A stretch of DNA of 64,000 nucleotides from positions 33,967 to 97,966 of the forward strand of contig JBCCQQ010000019.1 of assembly GCA_039024555.1 (NCBI GenBank), written 5' to 3'. The translations under genes were made by a program, and so were the position numbers. A model generated the notes under the pieces. The model made no database searches. It was not told where the DNA came from and worked only from the letters and a program-made list of their open reading frames with translations. Source of the stretch: Cyanobacteria bacterium P01_D01_bin.156 (GTDB lineage: Bacteria > Cyanobacteriota > Cyanobacteriia > Phormidesmidales > Phormidesmidaceae). Shown here piece after piece: positions 41,420-51,255 of the stretch (position 1 is the stretch's first letter; the number at the start of each line of letters is the position of its first letter).

Positions 41420-43222
41420 ATGAAACGAAGAACAAAAACTCTCCTCGCCACCCTGTTTGTTCTTTGTGCCGGTCTGACCATGACCTGGGCGAGTGTGGCC
41501 CAAGCTCCCGATAAAACGCCAATCGCCACAGGCACTGGCGGCGCAGTCGCTTCGGTAGATGCGGATGCCAGCCGTATTGGCATCGAAGTGCTGCGCCAGG
41601 GGGGCAACGCCATTGATTCAGCCGTGGCGACGGCAGCGGCTTTGGGTGTGACCGATCCTTTTTCTGCAGGCATCGGCGGTGGCGGGTTCATGGTGATTTA
41701 TCTAAAGAATGAAGATCGGGTGATTACCCTGGACGGTCGTGAAGAAGCACCTGCCACAGTGACTCCCGATCTGTTTCGCAATCCCGAAGACCCTGAAGGG
41801 GGAAATTTACCCTTCTTTCCCAATCGCATCAGTAGCGGTCTAGCGGTGGGAGTACCCGGCACACCCCTGAATTGGCAAACTGCACTGTCCCGCTACGGCA
41901 CCCTCTCTCTGGCGGAGGCTCTAGCCCCAGCCATTCAGCTGGCAGCAGCAGGCTTTACGGTAGATGACACCTTTGCCCAACAGATTGCTCGCAACCAAGA
42001 ACGGTTTGCAGCATTTACCTCTACTCGTGACCTGTATTTGCCCAATGGTGGACCACCCACTGTAGGCTCCACATTCACCAATGTCGATATGGCCAACACA
42101 TATCGACTCTTGGCCACCCAGGGGGTGAATAGTTTTTATCGTGGTGACATTGCCGAAGCGATCGCAAAAACAGTACAGTCCCCACCCACGGTAGACGACC
42201 CGAGTTTTACAGTCTATCCAGGAAAAATGACCCTAGGGGATTTAGACCGCTATGAAGTGCGAGTACGGCCTCCTGTAGTCAGCGACTATCGGGGCTACAG
42301 GCTGTATGGCATGGGGTTACCCAGCAGTGGCGGCATTACAGTGGCCCAGATTTTAGGCATGCTGGAAAGCAGCGATCTGGACAGTTTGGAGCGAGCCGAG
42401 GCACTACACCGCATTATTGAAGCGGAGCGGTTAGCATTTTGCGATCGCAACGCCTACCTAGGCGACCCCGAATATGTCGACGCGCCCACAACCGGCCTAC
42501 TAAGTAAAGATTATCTTGCTGGCTTTAAGCTACCGAATCGAGCAGCTGAGGTATGCATCACACCCGGTAACCCATTGCCATTTCAAACCGATCCGAGCCC
42601 CAGCCTGACTCAGGTTCCTGCCATGGCAACCGCCAATCAGCAAGAAGGGCTTTCTACCACACATCTGGTGACTGCCGATAGAGAAGGCAACGTTGTTTCT
42701 TATACTCTGACCATCGAATCTACCGGGGGGTCTGGCATCGTTGTCCCTGGCTACGGATTTATCCTAAACAATGAACTCACTGACTTTAATACGACAGTCC
42801 CCCATCCCAACGCACCAGAACCCGGCAAACGACCCCGCAGTAGTATGTCCCCCACAATTGCCTTTGCCCCCGATGGGCGTATCCTTGCCTTTGGCAGCCC
42901 TGGTGGTTCCACCATCATTACCACTGTGACCGGCATCGCCACTAATCTAATTGACTTTGCCATGCCGCTGTCCGAAGCCATCAGCGCCCCCCGAATTTCC
43001 CAACGCAATGGTCAAGCAACCACCTTGGAAAGCGCGCTAGAAAATACAGCCACAGCCAATCAACTTAGGAACCTGGGCCATCAGTTTCACACCGTAGATG
43101 AAATCGGCGCTGCAACTGGCTTAGAAATCTTGCCTAATGGTTTGATTAAGGCGATCGCAGAACCCAGCCGACGCGGTGGCGGAGCTGCCATGGTGGTTCA
43201 GACCGTTGATGCCCCAGAGTAA
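41420..43222 (+). CDS. ggt: Gamma-glutamyltransferase
   Basis: GGNAIDSA, GIGGGGF, DGRE, catalytic TTHL, LNNELTDF, RPRSSMSP and GSPGG; signal peptide from MKRR (ATG 41420). Confidence 0.95.
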   Translation: MKRRTKTLLATLFVLCAGLTMTWASVAQAPDKTPIATGTGGAVASVDADASRIGIEVLRQGGNAIDSAVATAAALGVTDPFSAGIGGGGFMVIYLKNEDRVITLDGREEAPATVTPDLFRNPEDPEGGNLPFFPNRISSGLAVGVPGTPLNWQTALSRYGTLSLAEALAPAIQLAAAGFTVDDTFAQQIARNQERFAAFTSTRDLYLPNGGPPTVGSTFTNVDMANTYRLLATQGVNSFYRGDIAEAIAKTVQSPPTVDDPSFTVYPGKMTLGDLDRYEVRVRPPVVSDYRGYRLYGMGLPSSGGITVAQILGMLESSDLDSLERAEALHRIIEAERLAFCDRNAYLGDPEYVDAPTTGLLSKDYLAGFKLPNRAAEVCITPGNPLPFQTDPSPSLTQVPAMATANQQEGLSTTHLVTADREGNVVSYTLTIESTGGSGIVVPGYGFILNNELTDFNTTVPHPNAPEPGKRPRSSMSPTIAFAPDGRILAFGSPGGSTIITTVTGIATNLIDFAMPLSEAISAPRISQRNGQATTLESALENTATANQLRNLGHQFHTVDEIGAATGLEILPNGLIKAIAEPSRRGGGAAMVVQTVDAPE

Positions 43223-43390
43223 ACCAGTGCTAATTTTCACAACAAACCATAAGTTTCCTGGAATATGACTCTGCAATTGCTACCCTGGAAATCGCCATTG
43301 ATAGCCATTGGTTGAAACTCCCAGTAGACAGTCCAAAAACTGAATCTCCAGGACCCACGGTTCAATTACGACACATTATGGTGGTTTATT

Positions 43391-43399
43391 GGGGATACT
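43391..43399 (+). promoter_or_regulatory. Candidate SigJ/SigF-type (J-box-like) -10 element
   Basis: GGGGATACT, one mismatch from GGGAATACT, about 67 nt upstream of the hetF-like start. Confidence 0.35.
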
Positions 43400-43465
43400 A
43401 GAAACACTTCATAAAGCAACAGGGTCATCACGTAAATATTAGGTAACAGGGACGCGATCTGCTAA

Positions 43466-45937
43466 GTGCTCCAAGAGTTTGACATATCAATTACAGCTGT
43501 CGGTGATAACCGATACCTAGTGCGCACGGAGCAAGTTGCCCCTGGTGTCCCTTTGGCTCAAGAGCAATTTCATTGGCCTATTGATGAGTGGCTGACAGAA
43601 GCAGCTACCTTGATGCACAATCCGCTGCTCGGCATTCTCAAAGGAGAATCGAGTCAACGTTGGACAAATAGAGCTAGCTACCGCTCAGGTCATTCCAAGG
43701 AAGATCCCTCGCCTGCGCCCACACTTGTTAGCTTGGGACAAGCTCTCTACAATAGCCTATTTGAGCGCTCCCTACGGGACAGCTGGTTGACGGCCCAAGG
43801 CGTTGCTCAAAATCGTCGCGTTCCACTCCGACTACGTTTGGGGCTAAAAGGAGAAAAACTACAAAAGCTGCCTTGGGAAGTAATACACGCAGGCGATCGC
43901 CCCCTTGGCACAGGTACCGATGTCACGTTTTCTCGCTACCATCTAGAACGTCGCCAGGGCTACGATAATTTAGGTATCACTGTCCCAGATTTTGATCAGC
44001 CACTGCGAGTGCTCATGGTGATTGCAGCACCCAACGATCAGGATCGGCTCGAACTAGCCCGCGAAGCAAAACACTTAAAGGATGAACTGCATCCGGTTGC
44101 CCTGCGTTCTGCTGGAGAATATGGATTTCTTCCTAAAAAGCAATTGGATGTTCAGCTAACGGTTCTAGAACAACCCGGACGGGCTGAACTGACCCAAGCT
44201 TTAGAACAGGGCAACTATCAAGCACTGCACTACGCAGGCCATAGCAACTTAGGTAATGCTGGCGGGGATTTATATCTGGTCAGCCGCCAAACAGGGTTAA
44301 CAGAACGCATCAGCGGCGAGGATTTGGCGGGTCTGCTCTCCAATAATGGGGTAAAGCTTGCCGTCTTAAATTCCTGCCGGGGTGCCTACGCTCAAAGTGA
44401 TAGTTCCGAAGTGGGCTGGCATGAACAGAATTTAGCCCAAGCCCTGGTAAATCGTGGCATCCCTGGTGTGATTGCCATGGCAGAGCGGATTCCCGATGAT
44501 GTAGCCATTACCTTTACTCAGCTGCTTTATCGAAATCTCAAACAGGGGAACTCCATCGATCTATGCCTAAACCGCACCCGTCAGGGACTGATTTCAGCCC
44601 ATGGCTCCCACTATAGCTATTGGGCCCTACCCATTCTCTACATGCAGCCAGGGTTTGATGGTTATTTAGCGAGCAAACCAGGGGATGAGAATACCGCATT
44701 AGATAAACTCTTACTGGAATCTGAGTCTGCTCTGGCTGCCTTAGATCAAACCACTACAAACAAAACCTCTCAGCTTGATACCGAGGATAGTCCCAACAAT
44801 GTCAATTTAGACAATGTGGTGGAGACCGTTGGTCTTGATGACATTCTGCCCTACAACGAAGATGATGCAGAAACTGTTAAAGAGCTAGTCAATCAGTTAT
44901 CACAACCCTCGACACCAGAGGAGGTGATACCGGCCTCTGAAGATGAGCCCTTAATTCCAGATACCCTAGAAACTCCTGGCTTAGACCTCTACGAACAGCT
45001 ACCGAAAAAACCACCTCAGCCCTCTTCTTCAGACATAGTTGAGCCAACTCCACCCAGTATCTACAACGAAGAAAAGGCATCTACACAGGCGTCCTATGTC
45101 AATGAAAGGGACACAACGTCTGGCAATTCCAAACGTCGCCAACGGCAAATTGCCATGGGTATGGGAGCTGCTGCTGTTCTAGGTTTGGCAAGCATTAGCG
45201 TTAACGATCCATTTAGCTGGTTTGATAATCCTGCTGCTCAATTAGCAAACACGTCTGAGGTCTCCCCAGAGGTTCCTCCCAGCGCCGGCATCTCTAGTAA
45301 CGATCCGCAGGTGGTAGTTGCTTCACTAAATACGATGGCAATTGAGCAGGGGCTAAAAACGACTTTAGTCAACTTACAAGACTCTGGAATTGGTGACGAT
45401 CCGGTCAAGCTGTTTGCCCAAGGACAACTGCAGTGGATGATTGCAAACCAGCCTCTATCAGTAGACAGCACCATTGAACCAGCCGCAGCGATGCGTTCTT
45501 GGGAAGGTGTTCTAGACCTAGATCCCAAGTGGGCAGCGGCTCAAGTAGCGCTGGGTGCGACCTACTACGAACAAGATCGCTTTCCGGAGGCTATTGATAT
45601 TTGGCTGCAAGCTATCGGTAATGAATCAGACCAGCCAGATGTGCCACTGCTGACTCCTCCTGAAGTCGTGGAATTAGAGAATGTCCCCAATGTGCCAACT
45701 CGGTTCCATGCCAAGATCGGATTAGCCTTGGCCTACTACCAGTTAACCCAAGGGGAATTTTTAGAGGAAACGGAACGAGAAGCCAACCAGGCCTACGCGA
45801 AAAACTATTGGCTAGATGCAGTCAACGAGGCCGATGATAAAGGTCTGACGGTAGAAGCGGTTGTGGATGCTTACTGGCTATGGTCGCAAAAAGTTGGTGA
45901 TGATTGGGTAGAGGCGAATAAAGCGATCGCAAACTAG
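43466..45937 (+). CDS. hetF: CHAT (caspase-HetF) domain protease, HetF-like
   Basis: N-terminal QEF.IS.T.VG...YLVRTEQVAPGVPLA, LPWE, catalytic HYAGH and NSCRG, YWALP, TM segment and TPR-like C-terminus. Confidence 0.82.
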   Translation: MLQEFDISITAVGDNRYLVRTEQVAPGVPLAQEQFHWPIDEWLTEAATLMHNPLLGILKGESSQRWTNRASYRSGHSKEDPSPAPTLVSLGQALYNSLFERSLRDSWLTAQGVAQNRRVPLRLRLGLKGEKLQKLPWEVIHAGDRPLGTGTDVTFSRYHLERRQGYDNLGITVPDFDQPLRVLMVIAAPNDQDRLELAREAKHLKDELHPVALRSAGEYGFLPKKQLDVQLTVLEQPGRAELTQALEQGNYQALHYAGHSNLGNAGGDLYLVSRQTGLTERISGEDLAGLLSNNGVKLAVLNSCRGAYAQSDSSEVGWHEQNLAQALVNRGIPGVIAMAERIPDDVAITFTQLLYRNLKQGNSIDLCLNRTRQGLISAHGSHYSYWALPILYMQPGFDGYLASKPGDENTALDKLLLESESALAALDQTTTNKTSQLDTEDSPNNVNLDNVVETVGLDDILPYNEDDAETVKELVNQLSQPSTPEEVIPASEDEPLIPDTLETPGLDLYEQLPKKPPQPSSSDIVEPTPPSIYNEEKASTQASYVNERDTTSGNSKRRQRQIAMGMGAAAVLGLASISVNDPFSWFDNPAAQLANTSEVSPEVPPSAGISSNDPQVVVASLNTMAIEQGLKTTLVNLQDSGIGDDPVKLFAQGQLQWMIANQPLSVDSTIEPAAAMRSWEGVLDLDPKWAAAQVALGATYYEQDRFPEAIDIWLQAIGNESDQPDVPLLTPPEVVELENVPNVPTRFHAKIGLALAYYQLTQGEFLEETEREANQAYAKNYWLDAVNEADDKGLTVEAVVDAYWLWSQKVGDDWVEANKAIAN

Positions 45938-46129
45938 CCTGGGCCGATAAACTAGCGCCAATTCTTATCAAGCTAGACTCAGAGTATTTGCCATCTTACT
46001 CTCCACACCTCATCTAGCGTAGTTAGTGCACAAGGGCATTAAATTCCATGTACTACACAGGGTTTTTCTATCGACAACTTTCCTAAAACATTGACCTTGA
46101 AACTAGGTATAGAAAGGCACATGAACAAA

Positions 46130-46169
46130 TAAATGGTAGAAACCTTGCACCTTCGGTTTCTACCATTTA
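46130..46169 (-). terminator. 15-bp perfect inverted repeat, probable terminator
   Basis: taaatggtagaaacc-N10-ggtttctaccattta, between the hetF-like gene and the 51-aa ORF. Confidence 0.7.
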
Positions 46170-46290
46170 CAGCATTATTTATAGACAATCCGTGTTGAGA
46201 TTTCTTGACATTAAATGGAACAGGAATGTTAGAAATCAAACATATACTTACAAGCTTTCCTAACATTCAACGCAGGCTCAATTAGGCACT

Positions 46291-46446
46291 CTAATTAAGC
46301 CTGCCAGGTTGGCGATATTCTTTGGCCCAGCAACGTTCCAGATAAGAAACGGTATGCCTTTGCCAAAATCTCACGGGGCTGAAGACAGTTTTATAGTTGC
46401 GATCAAATACTGGCTGCTGTAGGTACTGCCAAAGTGGGAATTTCAT
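46291..46446 (-). CDS. Small hypothetical protein (51 aa), not in the ORF track
   Basis: Hand translation MKFPLWQYLQQPVFDRNYKTVFSPVRFWQRHTVSYLERCWAKEYRQPGRLN*; FPLWQYL.QP.F and LERCW resemble a small cyanobacterial family as I recall it. Confidence 0.7.
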   Translation of the reverse strand: MKFPLWQYLQQPVFDRNYKTVFSPVRFWQRHTVSYLERCWAKEYRQPGRLN

Positions 46447-46916
46447 TATATTAATAAACTCAGCAATAAACGGGATTAGCTGTCAAAGACAAGATGCCGA
46501 TAGAAACAACACTGCCCTAACTAATACTTACCCACAACTTTTGGGCAGTTATCAGGCAATTTAGATATGTTTTGTAAATCTATGTTTCTAGCGTCAATTA
46601 CTTAAAGATTTCTTACATCTATTTTCTTTGATCTGAAGCCTATTCCCCCTCAGTATAAGTACCTCAGTTTTGAGCAATTAATCTTGTTCCTAACTTGGAA
46701 AAATACTTCACTCAGCTTTAAAAAAGAACACAGTGATACTGGCACAATCACCCAGAAAGAGACCCATGGGTAACGTAGCTCAGCACCATGGTGAAAGGCA
46801 TGAGTTATTGATAGATAGTAGTTAGATTTGTGATCATACGAAATTAGCCGGATACAAGCTATCTGCCTGCTTTTACCAAGCATTCATTAAGATCAAAAGT
46901 ATTCACACAAATTGGA

Positions 46917-47306
46917 TGGAGCTGACGGGAGTCGAACCCGTGTCCGCCCTGAGTAATAACGCACCACTCGTTCACAGGCTTAGCCTATCTGATCCTTTAG
47001 GCGGGAACTGTCCATTATCCCGGACAATGGGATGCTCTGGTAAAGGTCTTTATCAGGTCTCTCACCAGAGGGATTAACCTAATGCATCCGTTGGGGTTTA
47101 GCTCACTGTCCTTAACGGAGTCAAACGATGAGCGCTCGAACCTGAGAGAGGTTTTTAGGCAGCAGCTACAGCTACTTGCTTACGAGCAAAAGGTACGATG
47201 TTGTTTGCATCTGTATTTAGTTGAGTCTTGATTTTCGAGAGTGGACTCGCTCTCGGCCTGAATCACAATACGACTTTCGTCAAAACGTCGAAACCGTTAC
47301 AGCCCC
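46917..47306 (-). ncRNA. ssrA: tmRNA (one-piece, about 390 nt)
   Basis: 5' GGGGCTGTAACGGTTTCGAC; 3' GGGTTCGACTCCCGTCAGCTCCA with G-U acceptor pair; tag frame 47208-47155 encodes ANNIVPFARKQVAVAAA*. Confidence 0.97.
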
Positions 47307-47698
47307 CCTGAACTCAATCTCAAAGAAATGAAATTGGGGTCTCAAGGACCACTCCTTATAATAGCTTGGGATTGAAATTTTGACGACCAAGGATAATAAA
47401 GTTTTTAGAGCGTTTCTAACGTCTGATGTACCTTGCTTGACGCTCCTTAGGAAAGTCCATAAGCCTGCAGGAGTAATCTTTCTAGGGATTTGGAACAGGC
47501 AATATACCCATGGTGTTGGATTGTACAAAGTGACTGCCGTTATCGGACTGATTAGCTTTAGTAAACTAAGGCGGTTGTTTTTTAATTTATAATAATTATT
47601 GAGATAGATATTTGTATCGCCTGAGCCTCGAAATGCGATGAAGATCATAAGCGAGTGCCGTGGGCATTACTTTAATTAGTAGTAGGGGTTATTAGGTT

Positions 47699-48121
47699 AT
47701 GAGCAGCGACGCACAGGAAACCGCGAAAACTCAAGAGGCAACTGCTTCGAGTACCCGCACCACCCGTAAGAAGTCTTCCACATCTTCTGCTGCCAAAAGC
47801 GGCGGCATTGTGAAGGCTGAAAAGAATGAAATCATCGTGCTTGAAGACAATACTCAGGTTGTTGAGACGAATACACTGCCTAACAATCGTCCCATTACTG
47901 TCAGTGATATGAAGGTTGTTCACAATCTGTCTTCGGCAGGTGTGCGTCCGGTCATGGCAGATAATTTTGAGATTGCTAGTACCGATCACCTGCCCGGACA
48001 TCGCCCCGTTGCGGTAAGTACTTTGGTGGTTTCTGACTTGGAAACGCTACCCGGCAACCGCCCCATCGCGTCTAACGATATTGACGAGGATGCTGCTGCA
48101 CTGATGGGCTATTTGGACTAA
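47699..48121 (+). CDS. Hypothetical protein with internal LPxxRP repeats
   Basis: Four units about 19 aa apart: LPNNRPI, AGVRPV, LPGHRPV, LPGNRPI; ends LMGYLD. Confidence 0.8.
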   Translation: MSSDAQETAKTQEATASSTRTTRKKSSTSSAAKSGGIVKAEKNEIIVLEDNTQVVETNTLPNNRPITVSDMKVVHNLSSAGVRPVMADNFEIASTDHLPGHRPVAVSTLVVSDLETLPGNRPIASNDIDEDAAALMGYLD

Positions 48122-48159
48122 GTAAGTCTTATAGGCCTTCACTAAACCAAACATCTGAA

Positions 48160-48199
48160 AATTAAGGGGAGCAGCCATACTGGGCTGCTCCCCTTAATT
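48160..48199. terminator. Bidirectional terminator
   Basis: 17-bp perfect inverted repeat aattaaggggagcagcc/ggctgctccccttaatt between convergent genes. Confidence 0.85.
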
Positions 48200-48228
48200 G
48201 TTCTAACTGGATTTAAGCCTACGGTTAT

Positions 48229-49083
48229 TTAATCCAGGTTGTGGCCTGTGAGCTCAACAAAGATATCTTCTAAATTGGATGGCCGGGTCATCATACCGGT
48301 TTTATCTGGCTGCTCATCAAGAAACTGGTTGGCATCTTTGAGTGTGGGAAAAAAGGTGTAGCTCCAGCGATCGTCTGATTGCTTCATAACAATACCTTCA
48401 CCATGCTGCGATCTCAGTTCCGCCAGAGTGCCCATCTCGATTAACTTGCCCTGATCCATAATGCCGATGCGATCGCATAAGTATTCCACCTCTTCCATGT
48501 AGTGGGTGGTCAGCAGCATGGTCATCCCTTTCTGCTTATTGAGGTCCAAAATAATTTCCCATAACCGTCGCCGGGTTTGGGGGTCCAGCCCCACCGTAGG
48601 CTCATCTAAAAACAAGATTTTCGGCTGATGGAGCAAGGCACGGGCAATCTGTAAGCGACGTTTCATCCCTCCTGACAGGGTTTTAACTTTATCGTCGCGA
48701 CGGTCTGCCAAATCTACATAGGCCAGCCACTGTTCAATATCCCGCTGACGCTGCGGGTTAGGCAAATGGTGCATCCGCCCATGGAACTCCATATTTTCCC
48801 AAACTGATAAATCACCATCGACACTGGTTTGCTGGAGCACCACACCAATCTGCTGCCTGACTTGGGCCTTTTGTCGCTGGACATCGTAACCAGACACTAC
48901 AATGTCGCCCTGAGTCGCCTTGGTTAATGTCGTAACCATACGAATCGTGGTGGACTTACCTGCACCATTGGGTCCCAGTAAGCCAAAGATTTCACCCGGC
49001 TGAATCGTCAGCGAGAGATCGTTAACCACACAGGTGTTGTTATAGACTTTGTGAACATTACGCAGGCAAACGGCCGCCACCAT
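48229..49083 (-). CDS. ABC transporter ATP-binding protein (DrrA/NodI-like)
   Basis: GPNGAGKST, LSGGMKRR, LFLDEPTVGLDP, TTHYMEE and LEDIF. Confidence 0.93.
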   Translation of the reverse strand: MVAAVCLRNVHKVYNNTCVVNDLSLTIQPGEIFGLLGPNGAGKSTTIRMVTTLTKATQGDIVVSGYDVQRQKAQVRQQIGVVLQQTSVDGDLSVWENMEFHGRMHHLPNPQRQRDIEQWLAYVDLADRRDDKVKTLSGGMKRRLQIARALLHQPKILFLDEPTVGLDPQTRRRLWEIILDLNKQKGMTMLLTTHYMEEVEYLCDRIGIMDQGKLIEMGTLAELRSQHGEGIVMKQSDDRWSYTFFPTLKDANQFLDEQPDKTGMMTRPSNLEDIFVELTGHNLD

Positions 49084-49234
49084 GGGATGTCTCAGAAAAA
49101 AAGAATGTTACGAACGGCATAATGGTTGCTCACTTCAAACAGCCTTGCAACCTTGCCTGTAGCTCAGATCATACCGGTATCAGGAGCCCTAAACATAGTC
49201 TGTCTGGGGATACTGCTATAAACTAGCCACATTT

Positions 49235-49552
49235 ATGAAAGCAAAGATTGAAAATCAGGTTTTATTGATTCACCAAGATGATGTTCCCCCTTACAAAAAA
49301 CAGGGGTCTGTGGTCCGCAACAGCTACTTCTGGGCGCTAAGATCTATCGCTGACCGAGCAGGTTTTAACAAAGACTGGGAATTTGACGAAACCGTGTGGA
49401 TCGCCCTAGCCCGTATGCTCATGTCTTTTACAGAATCTGGCTACTTAGGCTATCGAGAAACCATCCTTGAGTTTCATCCCGATGATCAAATTCCTAGAGA
49501 ACTCAAAGCAGTCGCCACATGGTCCGAACCAGAAGAAGACGAACATCCATAA
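49235..49552 (+). CDS. Conserved hypothetical protein
   Basis: 105-aa ATG ORF (SVVRNSYFWAL.SIA, SGYLG.RET); GGGGATACT at 49206-49214 upstream. Confidence 0.75.
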   Translation: MKAKIENQVLLIHQDDVPPYKKQGSVVRNSYFWALRSIADRAGFNKDWEFDETVWIALARMLMSFTESGYLGYRETILEFHPDDQIPRELKAVATWSEPEEDEHP

Positions 49553-49656
49553 AAAAGGACAAGCCTAGGCCTGCCCTGATGTTCTCTGACTTAATAGAAA
49601 GTTCTACGGAAGTAGATTGGAGATATCTCAATGAAACCTAATTGGTACCAGGTACC

Positions 49657-49800
49657 CTACATAATGCCAAGCTGGGAAAGAATGCCCTGACCAGTCATTA
49701 GCTCGGTAGCTAGACCAATTACAAAACCAAGCATGGCCAGACGACCATTCCAGTTTTCAGCGATTTCAGTAAAACCAAACTTTGCGTTTTCTTCTGCCAT
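49657..49800 (-). CDS. hli: High light inducible protein (HLIP/SCP), 47 aa, not in the ORF track
   Basis: MAEENAKFGFTEIAENWNGRLAMLGFVIGLATELMTGQGILSQLGIM*; ExxNGRLAM chlorophyll-binding motif. Confidence 0.96.
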   Translation of the reverse strand: MAEENAKFGFTEIAENWNGRLAMLGFVIGLATELMTGQGILSQLGIM

Positions 49801-49832
49801 GATAGGTGAGTCCTTCGAGCGAAACGTTACAG

Positions 49833-49860
49833 CTTGTTAAAGCATGTAACTAAATGTTAA
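49833..49860 (-). promoter_or_regulatory. HLR1-like (RpaB) direct repeats upstream of hli
   Basis: Minus strand TTAACATT-ta-GTTACATG-ct-TTAACAAG at 10-bp period; HLR1 consensus is (G/T)TTACA(T/A)(T/A). Confidence 0.65.
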
Positions 49861-49965
49861 TCATATTTTTTTGAATCGGCAAGACCGGTTGAAAAAATCT
49901 TGGATAAGGCTTCGGTAAAGGGTTTTAGATGTTAGTGGTGAACATTTTTTCGGTTGCAGGATCGG

Positions 49966-51114
49966 TTATCCGTTCGCAGCCAAGATAACGATAATACTTA
50001 TTAACAATAAAGCGATCGCAACCGCTACAGCGACCTTCCAAGCAGCAACAGGTCTTTCACCAATCACCTTACCGGTTTGGGCATTAATCATGACCGTATA
50101 GGTTTTGGCACGATATCGATAAGACGCCATCCACAGGGGCAACAAAATATGCTTAAACGTCTCCTGAGAGTAATCCGTTGACACAGAATGGATACGCTGC
50201 TCATCTCCACCAATATCAGAGCGCACATCCCTTTGAACTGTGCTGGCCATCATCGCTTTAGCCCGCTCAAACCCTTCTTTGACCGGTACCTGATAACGTT
50301 GCGCTCTAAACCCGGCCAGATATTCAGCACTGTAGGGCTTTAGTTGTGATGTCGGTAATGTGGGCCACAGCTGTTTAAGACGAGCTTCACCAATGGCCTG
50401 GGTCGCCGGTACCAAGACATCATCAAAAAATCGGGCCACCTGTCCCGAGGCCGAACGCCAGCGTGTGTGCTGAACTTGCCGAGTTTTTCTTACCTGTTTT
50501 CCATCAGAATCAGTAGTGGTATAAGTTTCGGTCGTATAGTAATGATCACCACGTTCACCCCGGTAGCGACTGCTGGTCTGGGCATCGTAGGTCCAAAAGG
50601 GCAGATACATCCCCACTAAGTCCCTATCCTGGGCAAGTTGTTTGAGCTGACCGGGGACAAATATTGCCTTGAGGTCCCGAAAATTCCAGCGAAACGCAAG
50701 CCAGTCTCGCAAGTTTTTTAAGGCCGCTTTACGCCCTACTTGAAAGGGAATTAACGCCGAAGGGGCCAACGTAGGATCCGCAGGCTGACTCTCCTGGGTC
50801 ACGATACTGGTGGCACAAAATGGGCACTTCCCAGCCACATCCGGGGGCTCAAACGTAATCGTCGCCTTACAGCCAGGACAGTCAACTTGCTGTGCTGTTG
50901 TTGCTAGCTGGGCAATGTGCGTCCGATTGGTATGGATAAACGCCGCCAAATTGTGTTCCTGCAAGGTGACACTGAGGCGAGTGGCCGTTACCTCAGGCAT
51001 GGCTTCATCACGACCACAGTAGGGGCAGTGCAGTTTCCCCAGAGCTGGATCGAAGACCATATCAGCTTTACAGCCCGGACACTGGTATTGATTAACAGAT
51101 GCAGTCTGCTCCAT
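49966..51114 (-). CDS. Double Zn-ribbon membrane-anchored protein (SPFH-associated)
   Basis: CPGC/CPYC and CPGC/CPFC pairs, YLPFWTYD, IGGDEQRI, HILLP.W, NAQTG and a C-terminal TM helix. Confidence 0.82.
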   Translation of the reverse strand: MEQTASVNQYQCPGCKADMVFDPALGKLHCPYCGRDEAMPEVTATRLSVTLQEHNLAAFIHTNRTHIAQLATTAQQVDCPGCKATITFEPPDVAGKCPFCATSIVTQESQPADPTLAPSALIPFQVGRKAALKNLRDWLAFRWNFRDLKAIFVPGQLKQLAQDRDLVGMYLPFWTYDAQTSSRYRGERGDHYYTTETYTTTDSDGKQVRKTRQVQHTRWRSASGQVARFFDDVLVPATQAIGEARLKQLWPTLPTSQLKPYSAEYLAGFRAQRYQVPVKEGFERAKAMMASTVQRDVRSDIGGDEQRIHSVSTDYSQETFKHILLPLWMASYRYRAKTYTVMINAQTGKVIGERPVAAWKVAVAVAIALLLISIIVILAANG

Positions 51115-51255
51115 GGTGGAGGGAAATTAGGTACTAAGGTATGACGGCTGATGGGAAAAGAGTACCGTTGCTGAGCTAAAGACAAACCCGATCCGCAAGA
51201 CTCTTTGAAGGACAATATTTAAGACCTGAAATTGTCCCAGGATAGGCATAAAGGG

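Noticed and set aside
46768..46830. GTAGCTCAG, similar to a tRNA D-arm
   Set aside because: No T-arm (GGTTCRA) or acceptor-stem pairing.
49580..49640. CGGAAGTAG plus hairpin resembling a glutamine (glnA) riboswitch
   Set aside because: It lies between convergent stop codons and lacks the P1 closing strand; more likely a simple tctac/gtaga hairpin.
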